Source: a virus
Reading direction: 5' to 3' (one strand)
DNA: 64,000 nt
Virus record (IMG/VR): IMGVR_UViG_3300045120_000462
Shown: positions 40,515 to 50,000 of the stretch, piece after piece
How the letters are laid out: every line of letters begins with the position of its first letter
Numbering within the stretch: the first letter of the stretch is position 1
Made by a program: the position numbers and the translations under genes
Notes under the pieces: generated by a model
What the model was told of the DNA's origin: nothing
The model's input: the letters and a program-made list of their open reading frames with translations, nothing else
The model's database searches: none

Positions 40515-43500
40515 ATGCCGCCGCCCAACGAGCCGGCGGTCGGCCTGGGGGCGGCGTCGGGTACATCGAGCCGTTCGGGGAGAGGTCCATCGACCACCTC
40601 GCCCACGCCGACGACCACGCTCTCCGCCAAGCTGAGCTGGGACGGCTTGAAGGGGATGGCGTCCTCGTGGAAGGAGGTCGCCACCGCCACCAGGGAGGTG
40701 CTCGCCAACCTCGGCGGGATCATCTCGTTGGCGCGTACCGGCGGCTCGGTACTCAACAACCTCGGCAAGACCGGTACCGGTATCGGTGGCAGCACCGGCA
40801 GCACGCAGACCAGCAACCACTGGCTCAACAACGTGCCGTCGGTGGCGGCGCGTCAGTCGAACGGCCCCGTCAACGGTGGTCTCCGTCCGGTCTCCGGGCC
40901 GGGCGGCAGCATGACGCCGTTCGTGAACAACGTGAACCGTGGGCCGGGTGCCACCGGCCCAGCAGCGGCACCATCTGCTGCCGCTCAGACAACGACAGCG
41001 GCGCCCACCGTCTCGTCTCTCGGCACTCCCTCGGCTCGTACTGCTGCGGCTGCTGTTGCCAACGCTGTCGGTGGCGGCGGCGGCGGTACGACAGGGACGG
41101 GAACGCCTGCGCCTTCCGGCGGTACCTCGATGCCGTGGATGAGCCGGCTCAACGTTGGGCTGAACATGGCGATGGTGGCGACTGCCGGCGTCGCCAACAT
41201 GGCTTCCGATCGCCTCCACCGCAACATCGTCGAGAGCATCCCGCTCTCGGCGCAGGCGACGTTCGCTGCCTCGATGTACGGGGGCAACCCCAACCAGATC
41301 GAGATGGATCGCTTCCGCATGCTCGGTCAGTTCGCCGGGTCACGACAGGACGTTGCACAGACTGCAGCGCTGTCGTTCCGCATGGGTCAGACGCCGACCC
41401 AGGCAGCGCAGTACATGCAGGGTCTCGGCACAGCCACCCAGGCGTTCGGTGGTACGGCCACGACCACGCAGCTCGCTCAGGCCAATGCAGGGTTCCTCGA
41501 TCCGATGGTGCTGCGCCGGCAGCGGTCGATGGGGATCCAGTACGCCCGTGTCGGCGGGCAGGTGCGCCAGCCATTCGACGTCGCCAAGGACTACATCCGC
41601 AACTACGAGCAGCGGTTCAACGGCGGGCGCAAGCTCAACCAGTTCGACTTCATCAACCTCGGCACGCCTGGCTCCGGCATCCGCATCCGCTTCCAGCAGT
41701 TGTACATGCTCGACGACGAGACGATCGACACCTGGATCGTCACCGCCGGTCTGCAGCAGGCGCAAGCCGGCGGGAACATCGACTACAACTCGTCGGCGGC
41801 GCTGTCGGCTGCCGGGCTGAACAAGAACCAGCTCGGCCTGCAGGCACTGAGCACGCAGACGGCTGGCTCCCGGCGCGAGGCGAGCTTCGCCCAGCAGAAC
41901 CAGACGGGCGAGGTCAGCAACCTCCGCACCGAGGAGTCGATCCAGAACGCACTGGCCGGCGTCGAGGATGCCGCCAGTGGTCTGACCAACACGTTCGCCT
42001 CGCTCGAACGAGTGGTCAAGACGCTCACCGCCGGCCTCGGTCTCCTCGGCGGAGTGGGTCTCGCCCGCAGCATGTTGGGTGGTGGTGGTGGTGGCGGTGG
42101 CGGTGGCGGTCTGCTCGGTGGTCTGCTCCGCGGCGGCGGTTCTGCGGCCGAAGGTGAGGTGTCAGCCGGTGCCGGCGGGTTGAGTGCCGGCGGATCGTTC
42201 GCGCTGGGCACCATCGGAGCAGTAGGCGTAGGCATGGGCATCCAGCAGGCTGTCAACGCCAAGGATTGGGGTGACATCTTCCAGAGCACCGCCATGACCA
42301 CGGCCGGCGGTGCTGCGCTCGGCGGGGCGGTTGGTGGCCCCCCCGGTGCGGTGATCGGTGCCGCTGGTGGGTTGGCGGTCGGTGTGGCTGCCAACATTTG
42401 GGGCCACTTCGTCGGCAGCGATGGGTTCACCGAGGAGGAGCAACGGGCAACGCAGGGCGCTCAGATCCAGGCCGCTGACATGTCCGACAAGCAGATCATC
42501 AACGCCTACCGGCACTGGTACATGACCGAAGGCCCGGGACATGGGATGAAGAAGAATCCTGACGGGACGTACCAGTCAGGTACCGGGTTGGCGCGTCCAC
42601 AGGAACCGAGGCTCACCGACTTCAACTCTCTTCGTGTCGACCCGTACAAGTACCCGGTGATCTCCGGGTACATCGACATGTACCAGCGGCGCCGAGCGCA
42701 GTTGATTGTCGCCTGGATGGACGCCGCAAAGTCCCGCAACCCCGAGACCTTCAACAAGGCTGCCGAGTTCGGTGGAATGCAGGATGAGTTCACCGGGACG
42801 GCTCACTGGCTCGGCGAGTGGCAGGACGTCCGCGAGAAGTTCAACACGTTCGCTACGACCGGCGGCATGATCGACGACGACGACTTCCACGATGCCGGCG
42901 ACAGGCTCATCTCTGTCACGAAGGCCGTGCGCGCCCCGACGTACTACAAGAGGTATGAGGGCGGGGCGGATGAGCGTGCGATCTACGACGAGTTCTTCCC
43001 CGGACTCACGAACCCGATGCAGATCAAGCCCGACTACAGCGAGGCCGCTACAGCGGTAGCCAACCTGTACTCGACGCCGCTCAACGGACAGACCGGCGAT
43101 CCCACCGATCCGGCCGCTACCGCCACCTCCACCGACACCAGTGGGCAGTACGCCTTCGTCAACCGGATGCCGATGGCCCCGGAACCGCACGATGCTTCGT
43201 GGAACGGGATGCACCCGATCATGAAGAAGCGGATCCTGGCGATGATCGCAGGGTCCAAGGGCAAGGTGCACTGGGAGGCCGGCGGCGGTACCCGTTCGAC
43301 CGAGCAGCAGCGGGCGATGTTCCTCGACCGCTATCGGCCCGGCCCCGGGCGCGGCGAGGTCACCTGGAACGGGCAGAAGTGGCACCACGTCAGTGGTGCT
43401 GCTGCCGCTCCGCCAGGTCGCTCGATGCACGAGATCGGTCTCGCCGCCGACATGGGTGGCGACATGGGCTGGATCGTGGCGCACTCCAAGGCGTACGGCC

Positions 43501-44603
43501 TGCGGAGCTTCTTCGACGTCAACGACGAGCCGTGGCACGTGCAGCCGGCCGAGCTGCCCGGTAGCCGCTCTGCGTACGAGAAGCAAGGGCTGGACAAGGT
43601 GTGGGGCACGTCGGCGGCGTCCAATGGCGCTGCTACCGACACCACCGCGACCGCTGGTGACAGTGGTAGTGGCGGCGGCGGTGGTGGAGGCGGCGGCGGC
43701 GCCAGCATCTCCTCTGGCCTCGGTGGTAGCAGTGCAGGTCTCCTCAGTCAGGGCACGTCGAGCCTGGCGACGTTGCAGGGCGGCGCCGGCTTCATGGGCG
43801 GCGGTGGTGGCGGTGGTGGCGACACCAGCACGGTGACCGACGCAGCAGCGCCCGACACGACGAGCACGTACACGGGCGGCAAGATGACCGGCGACGATGT
43901 CGCCAAGATGGCCTACGAGGTCGGCTTCCGCGGCCAGGGTCTGATCAACGTCATCGGCATCACCAACCGTGAGTCGGATTGGGATCCGTCGGCGCACAAC
44001 ACCAACCGCGGTACCGGCGACAACAGCTACGGCCTGGGCCAGATCAACATGCTCGGCAGCCTCGGCCCCGAGCGCGCCCGCCTGTTCGGGATCACCAACT
44101 ACGACGACCTGCTCAACCCGAAGACGAACCTGATGGCCATGTACAAGCTGTCGGGCAACGGCCAGAACTTCGGTCCATGGCTCTCGTACCGCCCCGGCCT
44201 CGAACTGAGCCAGAAGCGCATCCAGATCGCCACCGAGATCGTCAAGCGACTGCACCTCGGTGATGCAGCGTTCGATCATGGTGATGACGGTCGGCGGGGC
44301 AGCGTCCTGTCTGCTCGCGAGGAGAGCGAGGCGCGCCGTATCATCGCCAGCGCTCACCTCGGCGATCCGATCTCAGAGTCGGGGATGGGAGCCAGCTCGT
44401 TCGGCGGGGCCGCTCTCCCGCCCGGCAGAACCGTCGGGGGCTTCTCTCGTTCGATGAGGAGTGCGGTCGGCGGCGGTGTCACCGTCAACGTCACGATCCA
44501 GTCGCAAGGCAACTACGCCTACGACGCACAACGATTGGCCAAGGCGGTGCGCCCGGCGATCGAGGCCGAGTACGCCGAGGTCACAGCGAAGAGGAGCACG
44601 TAA
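40515..44603 (+). CDS. tape measure protein with embedded M15-type peptidase and lytic transglycosylase domains
   Basis: 1362 aa after the chaperone; GRSMHEIGLAAD...DEPWHVQP (~43200-43560); ITNRESDWDPSAHN..SYGLGQINM (~43880-44200); poly-Gly linkers. Confidence 0.9.
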   Translation: MPPPNEPAVGLGAASGTSSRSGRGPSTTSPTPTTTLSAKLSWDGLKGMASSWKEVATATREVLANLGGIISLARTGGSVLNNLGKTGTGIGGSTGSTQTSNHWLNNVPSVAARQSNGPVNGGLRPVSGPGGSMTPFVNNVNRGPGATGPAAAPSAAAQTTTAAPTVSSLGTPSARTAAAAVANAVGGGGGGTTGTGTPAPSGGTSMPWMSRLNVGLNMAMVATAGVANMASDRLHRNIVESIPLSAQATFAASMYGGNPNQIEMDRFRMLGQFAGSRQDVAQTAALSFRMGQTPTQAAQYMQGLGTATQAFGGTATTTQLAQANAGFLDPMVLRRQRSMGIQYARVGGQVRQPFDVAKDYIRNYEQRFNGGRKLNQFDFINLGTPGSGIRIRFQQLYMLDDETIDTWIVTAGLQQAQAGGNIDYNSSAALSAAGLNKNQLGLQALSTQTAGSRREASFAQQNQTGEVSNLRTEESIQNALAGVEDAASGLTNTFASLERVVKTLTAGLGLLGGVGLARSMLGGGGGGGGGGGLLGGLLRGGGSAAEGEVSAGAGGLSAGGSFALGTIGAVGVGMGIQQAVNAKDWGDIFQSTAMTTAGGAALGGAVGGPPGAVIGAAGGLAVGVAANIWGHFVGSDGFTEEEQRATQGAQIQAADMSDKQIINAYRHWYMTEGPGHGMKKNPDGTYQSGTGLARPQEPRLTDFNSLRVDPYKYPVISGYIDMYQRRRAQLIVAWMDAAKSRNPETFNKAAEFGGMQDEFTGTAHWLGEWQDVREKFNTFATTGGMIDDDDFHDAGDRLISVTKAVRAPTYYKRYEGGADERAIYDEFFPGLTNPMQIKPDYSEAATAVANLYSTPLNGQTGDPTDPAATATSTDTSGQYAFVNRMPMAPEPHDASWNGMHPIMKKRILAMIAGSKGKVHWEAGGGTRSTEQQRAMFLDRYRPGPGRGEVTWNGQKWHHVSGAAAAPPGRSMHEIGLAADMGGDMGWIVAHSKAYGLRSFFDVNDEPWHVQPAELPGSRSAYEKQGLDKVWGTSAASNGAATDTTATAGDSGSGGGGGGGGGGASISSGLGGSSAGLLSQGTSSLATLQGGAGFMGGGGGGGGDTSTVTDAAAPDTTSTYTGGKMTGDDVAKMAYEVGFRGQGLINVIGITNRESDWDPSAHNTNRGTGDNSYGLGQINMLGSLGPERARLFGITNYDDLLNPKTNLMAMYKLSGNGQNFGPWLSYRPGLELSQKRIQIATEIVKRLHLGDAAFDHGDDGRRGSVLSAREESEARRIIASAHLGDPISESGMGASSFGGAALPPGRTVGGFSRSMRSAVGGGVTVNVTIQSQGNYAYDAQRLAKAVRPAIEAEYAEVTAKRST

Positions 44604-45775
44604 TGGGGACGACAGGTACCGCCGGAGCAGCTCAGCCGTCACAGTTGCCGGTTGGCAGCACCGCCATCAACACCACGTACAGCATCAACAACGACTACCT
44701 CTACCCCCGCTACGTAGCTCCTCCGATGCTGGACGGGCTGTTCCAGAACAGTACGTGGTGGACGAGGCTGTGGGGGACCGGTCTGGTCCGCGGCTGGATC
44801 TACCCGTGCGACATCGACCCCGAGCTGATCACGGCAGCAGCAGCAACCGACCCATCCACTGCGGCCTCCACCGTGGTGTCGGCGCGGATGGCGTTGGAGC
44901 AAGGCACCACGACCACGACGACCACCGACGCCAACCCTCAGGGCCACTTTGCTGTTGGTCCTGGCGCAACGTTGCAGACCGGTGAGAAGAAGACGAAGCC
45001 GAAGCGGATTCGCTTCTCGCAGGGCAAGCAGTTCCAGTTCAATCCTTTCTCGGCCAGCCTGACGATCGACTTCCAGCACGCCTCGGCGCCGGCCGAGACG
45101 TTGCAGACGAATGGCACAGCTTCGGAGTCACAGGTCGGCACGGCGACGACCGGCATCGAGATGTTCTTCGATCGCTCGATGGAGGTGGCTGCGGCCACCG
45201 CCGGGGTCAAGAAGGTAGACGGTCACACCATCGATCCGATCTTCGCCGACGTCGGCGTGCAGAAGGATCTGTGGGACGTCTACCGGGTCATCCTCGGCGG
45301 CGACCAGGACTACTTCGCCAAGATCGGATCCACCCTCGTCAACATCGACACCGTCTACGGGATGAAGGTCCAGCCCGGCAGCATCACCGACATGACGGGC
45401 CGGCTGTTCGACCTCGGGGCGCAGGGCATCTCGGCGTGGGGCCGTGGCGTGGCCGTCTACTACAACCCGAACATGGTGTTCATTGGCTGGGTCAGCTCGA
45501 TGGCGTTCACCTACGCCGAGTTCAACGCCAACTACATCCCGACGAAAGCGAAGATGGACATGGGACTGCAAGTGCTCTACTCGACCTCGGAGTCGGGCGG
45601 CGATGCGTTCGTCAATTCGACCGACACCACCACCGACCCCACTGTCGTCGCCACCACCGTCCAGAACCCCGACGGGACCACCACCCACACGCAGACCAAC
45701 CCGGCCACGTACACCGCCTCCGACTACAACCCGCCGACACAGACCACCTCCGCCGGCACCCACTACACGGTCTAG
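44603..45775 (+). CDS. baseplate hub / tube-initiator-like protein (FNP-motif CIS-tube-like domain)
   Basis: ATG overlaps TAA by 1 nt; KRIRFSQGKQFQFNPFSASLTIDF ... IEMFFDRS pattern; position after the tape measure. Confidence 0.6.
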   Translation: MGTTGTAGAAQPSQLPVGSTAINTTYSINNDYLYPRYVAPPMLDGLFQNSTWWTRLWGTGLVRGWIYPCDIDPELITAAAATDPSTAASTVVSARMALEQGTTTTTTTDANPQGHFAVGPGATLQTGEKKTKPKRIRFSQGKQFQFNPFSASLTIDFQHASAPAETLQTNGTASESQVGTATTGIEMFFDRSMEVAAATAGVKKVDGHTIDPIFADVGVQKDLWDVYRVILGGDQDYFAKIGSTLVNIDTVYGMKVQPGSITDMTGRLFDLGAQGISAWGRGVAVYYNPNMVFIGWVSSMAFTYAEFNANYIPTKAKMDMGLQVLYSTSESGGDAFVNSTDTTTDPTVVATTVQNPDGTTTHTQTNPATYTASDYNPPTQTTSAGTHYTV

Positions 45776-45778
45776 GGT
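45773..45778 (+). promoter_or_regulatory. -10-like hexamer overlapping the upstream stop
   Basis: TAGGGT cgaatc GTG(45785). Confidence 0.3.
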
Positions 45779-45784
45779 CGAATC

Positions 45785-46048
45785 GTGGACCGCTACGTCA
45801 ACCAGAAGACGGTGAGCATGCCGCACAGCAACGGCACGCAGGTCACCGTGGTACTGCGCCGGCCGATCTTCCCGTCGCGGCAGAAGTTCATGACGTACAC
45901 CGCCACTGCTGCTGATGCGATGTGGACGTTGGCCGATCGGTTCTACAAGAACACCTTCGACTGGTGGACGATCGCCGACATGAACCCACACGTCGAGTGC
46001 CCCGATGATCTCCACTACGGGACGCAGTTGCTGCTTCCGGTGACGTGA
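45785..46048 (+). CDS. LysM-like tail protein (P2 gpX-like)
   Basis: ORF 45785..46048; YTATAADAMWTLADRFYKNTFDWWTIADMNPH..LHYGTQLLLP. Confidence 0.7.
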   Translation: MDRYVNQKTVSMPHSNGTQVTVVLRRPIFPSRQKFMTYTATAADAMWTLADRFYKNTFDWWTIADMNPHVECPDDLHYGTQLLLPVT

Positions 46049-46049
46049 C

Positions 46050-47075
46050 ATGGCGGACGTCTTCGTTGTCGACAAGTACGCGCTCGACGTCCCCAACTAC
46101 ACCATCGAGGAACGCTGTGGGCAGCACGACCTGCTGACGGTGACCGGGGCGGGGGCGGCGGGCCTCTACAACTACGCCGGCAAGCCGGCGAGCTTGTCGA
46201 TCGACAGCGGGTCCAACTCTCGGGTCATCGTCGGGTACCTGGATACCGCAGTGACGACCACCGGGCAGAAGGACCAGTCGGTCGTCACGGCGTTCATGCT
46301 CGGGGCGTCGAGCGCCCTGCGCTCGGGCAGCGAGCGCAAGTGGAAGGACAAGCGCCCCTTCGAGATCGCCTCCGACGTCGTGCGTCCCTACGGGTTCTGC
46401 TTGGAGATGGACACCTACAAGTTCTCCATCCCGTTGTTCGTGCAGTCGGCTGAGAGCGACTGGCAGCTCCTCAACCGTCTGGCCGACGAGATCGGGATGC
46501 AGCTCATCGGCACCAACACCGTGATCCGCATGATCGACCCGATCATGGAGATCCGTCGGCGCAAGCTGCGCCCGCTGTTCACTCTCGACGTCACCAAGCT
46601 CATCAGCTACAGCAGCGCCCACAACTCCATCCCGCTCGGCTTCGAGGCGCGGGTGTTCTCCGGCATCGACAAGTTCGGGCAGACGTTCAGGGTCGTCGCC
46701 AACGAGGGAGCATCGATCACACTGCCGGCGGCAGAGACCGTGTCCTCGTTGGAGGAGGCGCTGCTCGCCAAGGAGCGCATCGAGCGGCGCCGTCACCGGA
46801 TGCGTCGAGCGCAATGCGTGTTGAAGTTCAACCCCATCCTGCGCTCCGGTACGACGATCGCACTGACCAACGGCACCGAGACCAACGTGTGGTTCATCAC
46901 CGAGTCCCAGCACATGATGGCCGCTCGTGGTGACTCGAAGACGATGCTGAGCCTGTACCGCGACGAGGATGACCAGAAGGCTGTCATCGATGCCTGGCGC
47001 CAGTCGATGTGGCCGCGGCCGGTCAAGTCACAGGACCATTGGGTCGGTACCGAGCGGTGGGAGCGCGAGCTGTGA
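46050..47075 (+). CDS. baseplate hub protein (late control gene D / gpD-like)
   Basis: 341 aa; VQSAESDWQLLNRLADEIGMQL motif; synteny after the LysM protein. Confidence 0.8.
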   Translation: MADVFVVDKYALDVPNYTIEERCGQHDLLTVTGAGAAGLYNYAGKPASLSIDSGSNSRVIVGYLDTAVTTTGQKDQSVVTAFMLGASSALRSGSERKWKDKRPFEIASDVVRPYGFCLEMDTYKFSIPLFVQSAESDWQLLNRLADEIGMQLIGTNTVIRMIDPIMEIRRRKLRPLFTLDVTKLISYSSAHNSIPLGFEARVFSGIDKFGQTFRVVANEGASITLPAAETVSSLEEALLAKERIERRRHRMRRAQCVLKFNPILRSGTTIALTNGTETNVWFITESQHMMAARGDSKTMLSLYRDEDDQKAVIDAWRQSMWPRPVKSQDHWVGTERWEREL

Positions 47076-50000
47076 GCGGCGAGCTGTCGGTCTACGAGGC
47101 GTTCGTACGTAGCTTCGACACGGCGACGAAGATCGCCACCGTCGTCATGCCCGGGCCGTACGGGATGGAGCCGATCGAGGCGGCGCCGTTCACCCGCAAC
47201 GGTGCTCCGCTGACGAGCCTCGACACCCTCACGTCCGGTGACCGAGTTGTTGTGGTGATGCACAACAACAACGTGCCCGAGTGGGTCTCGACGTACACCG
47301 ACTGGCCGGCGACAGCTAACGCTCTCTACGTCAACACCACCGGGGACACGATGACCGGGGCGTTGACGCTGTCTGGTCCGCCGTCGAGTGCACTGCACGC
47401 AGCGACCAAGGCGTACGTCGATGGCTCGGTGTTCGTGCCCGACGTGTACCAGGCGACGAGCCAGGCGCAGATGCTGGCGCTGCCGGCGACCAAGGGCGAC
47501 TACTGCATCCGCAACGACGTCGCCAAGACGTTCATCCTGCAGGCTGCTCCGCCGACCGTGCTGGCCAACTGGATCGAGCTGGCCACACCTGACGCTTCGG
47601 CCGCTGCTGCGGCCGCAGTGGCGGCGCACGTGGCGCTCGCCGACCCGCACACGCAGTACCTCACCAAGACGTTGGCAGCCTCGACCTACACCACGGTCAC
47701 CACGTACAACGCCCACGTCGCAGCGGCCGATCCCCACCCCGGCTACACCACGCCCACCGAGGTGACGGCACAGATCGCCACCGACATCGCCACCCACGTG
47801 GCAGCCGGCGACCCGCACCCTGTGTACACGACCGGCACCGAGCTGACAGCGGCGTTCACCGCCCACACCAGCCAGGCCGACCCGCACCCGGTGTACGCCA
47901 CCGATGGGGACTTGTCGCTGCACGTCTCTGCTGCCGACGCCCACCCGCAGTACCTCTCCGAGTCGGAGATGGATGCGGCGATCCTCGCCCACGTGCAGGC
48001 GCCCGACCCGCACCCGACCTACATGACGCAGACGGAGTCGGACCTCCTCTACCGCAACGCCAGCTACCTCAACACCGGCACGCTGAACAACGCCCTGCTG
48101 GCCAACCCGATCACCTCGAACACCACCGGCACCGCTGCAGCGTGGACGACGGCGCGCACGTTCACGCTCGCCGGCAACGTCACCGGTAGCGCCTCGGTCA
48201 AGGGCGACGCCAACGTCTCGCTGACGGCGACGGTCGTCAACGACAGCCACACCCACAACACGCAGTATTACGACAAGGCGACAAGCGACGCCCGCTACGT
48301 CGATGTCACGGGCGACGTGATCACCTCGGGCCTGCTTTCGTTCGGCTCGCGGCTCGGTCAGCACCTCGGTCTCAACTCGACGACGTTCGGCATCGGTGCG
48401 CAGACCAACAACACCTACTTCCGTACCGCCAGCGGCTTCCGCTTCTACCTCGGTGGTGTGCATTCCGACACCGCTGGTGCGCCAGGGGCCGGCGGCATCG
48501 AGCTGCTCAACATCACCACCAGCTCGGTGCAGTTCAAGGCGCGCAACCTCGCCACCGAGATGTACGTGCAGGCACGTGGGATGAACCTCGTCGCCAACGG
48601 CTCGGGCCTGACCGGCGACAACACCAACTTCTCGACCTTCAACTACAACAGCGTCGAGAGCTTTGCCGGTGGTGGCAGCTTCACCTACAACGGCCCCGAC
48701 GCCAACCGCGAGATCGACGAGTTCATCCCCGTCGATCCGAGCCGGCGCTACAAGTACTCGTACGCCATCAAGCTCCTGTCGTTCAGCCAGGCCGGCGAGA
48801 CACCGAACCACTACGGCCTCGTCGACAGCTACGACACCGACGGCCTGTCGATCCAGTCGTACCACGTGATGAAGCTGCCCGGCTCGGCGCTGACCACGCT
48901 GGCCGTCGCCCTCGCTCCCGGCGCCACCACGATCACGCTGACGTCGGCTGTTGGCTGGCACAACGGCGCCTCGACGGCGAGCAAGTACATCGCCTTCTAC
49001 CCGTACACCAACGCTCAGGGATACACGTATCCCTTCTACACGTACACCCGCAACGTCACTGCTGCGGACATGTGGGCGAGCGGTGCGATCTCGGGCAACG
49101 TCATCACACTGCGCACCCCGTGGGCCGGCTCCTCGTACGCCATCGGCACCCCGGTGGCCAACGCCATCGCTGGTGGCACCTACGACTACATCGCCGGCTC
49201 GAACGTGGCGACGCCGACAGTGTGGACGGTCTTCTCGGGATCGATCGGCAAGCTCGACAGCGAGACCTTCACCGATCCCTCGATCACTCCCGTGCCGGCG
49301 AGCACTGGTGCGTACCAGTCGCCGAGCGGCTTCCGTTGGGGCACCGCCTTCGTCAAGGTCGGCTGGCTGCTGAGCTACAACACGCCGGTCGGCACAGCCA
49401 ACACTGCTGTCGACGCTGTCACGTTCGAGACGATCTCCACCGGCAGCGACAGCATGACGTTCACCGGCTCGCCGCCGTTCGCTGTCACCTCGACGACGCT
49501 GGTGCCCAACCTCAACGCCGACATGGTCGACGGGCTGCACGCCGCCGCCTTCCTGCAGCTGACACCTGGCGGCACCGTGGTCGGCAACCTCGTCGTCAAC
49601 CCGGGCACGCTCAGCTTCGGCAGCAACCTCGGCCAGCGGCTCAACCTCTACGGCACGACGTTCGGAATCGGCGCACAGACCAACGCCGAGTACTTCCGTA
49701 CTCCCTCCGACTTCTACTGGTACTCGGGCGGTGTCCACTCCGACACTCAGGGTGCAGCCGGTGCCGGCGGCACGTCGTTGATGTCGCTGTCGTCGTCGGT
49801 GTTCAAGTACAAGACGTACGACGTCTGGCACAAGGGCAACATGGGCAGCGGCTCGACACTCGACGCCGACCTGCTCGACAACCACGACTCGATCTACTTC
49901 GCCAACCGCACCGAGATGGAGGCGCTGCTCGGCGACCTGATGTTCGTCGGCGTGTATGACGCCGCCAAGTACGTCGAGTCCAACCTCGCCACTTGGCCGC

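Noticed and set aside
42060-43830. Tandem GGT/GGC repeats that could be mistaken for a non-coding tandem repeat or CRISPR-like array
   Set aside because: They are in frame within the tape measure ORF and encode poly-Gly linkers. There is no repeat-spacer periodicity.
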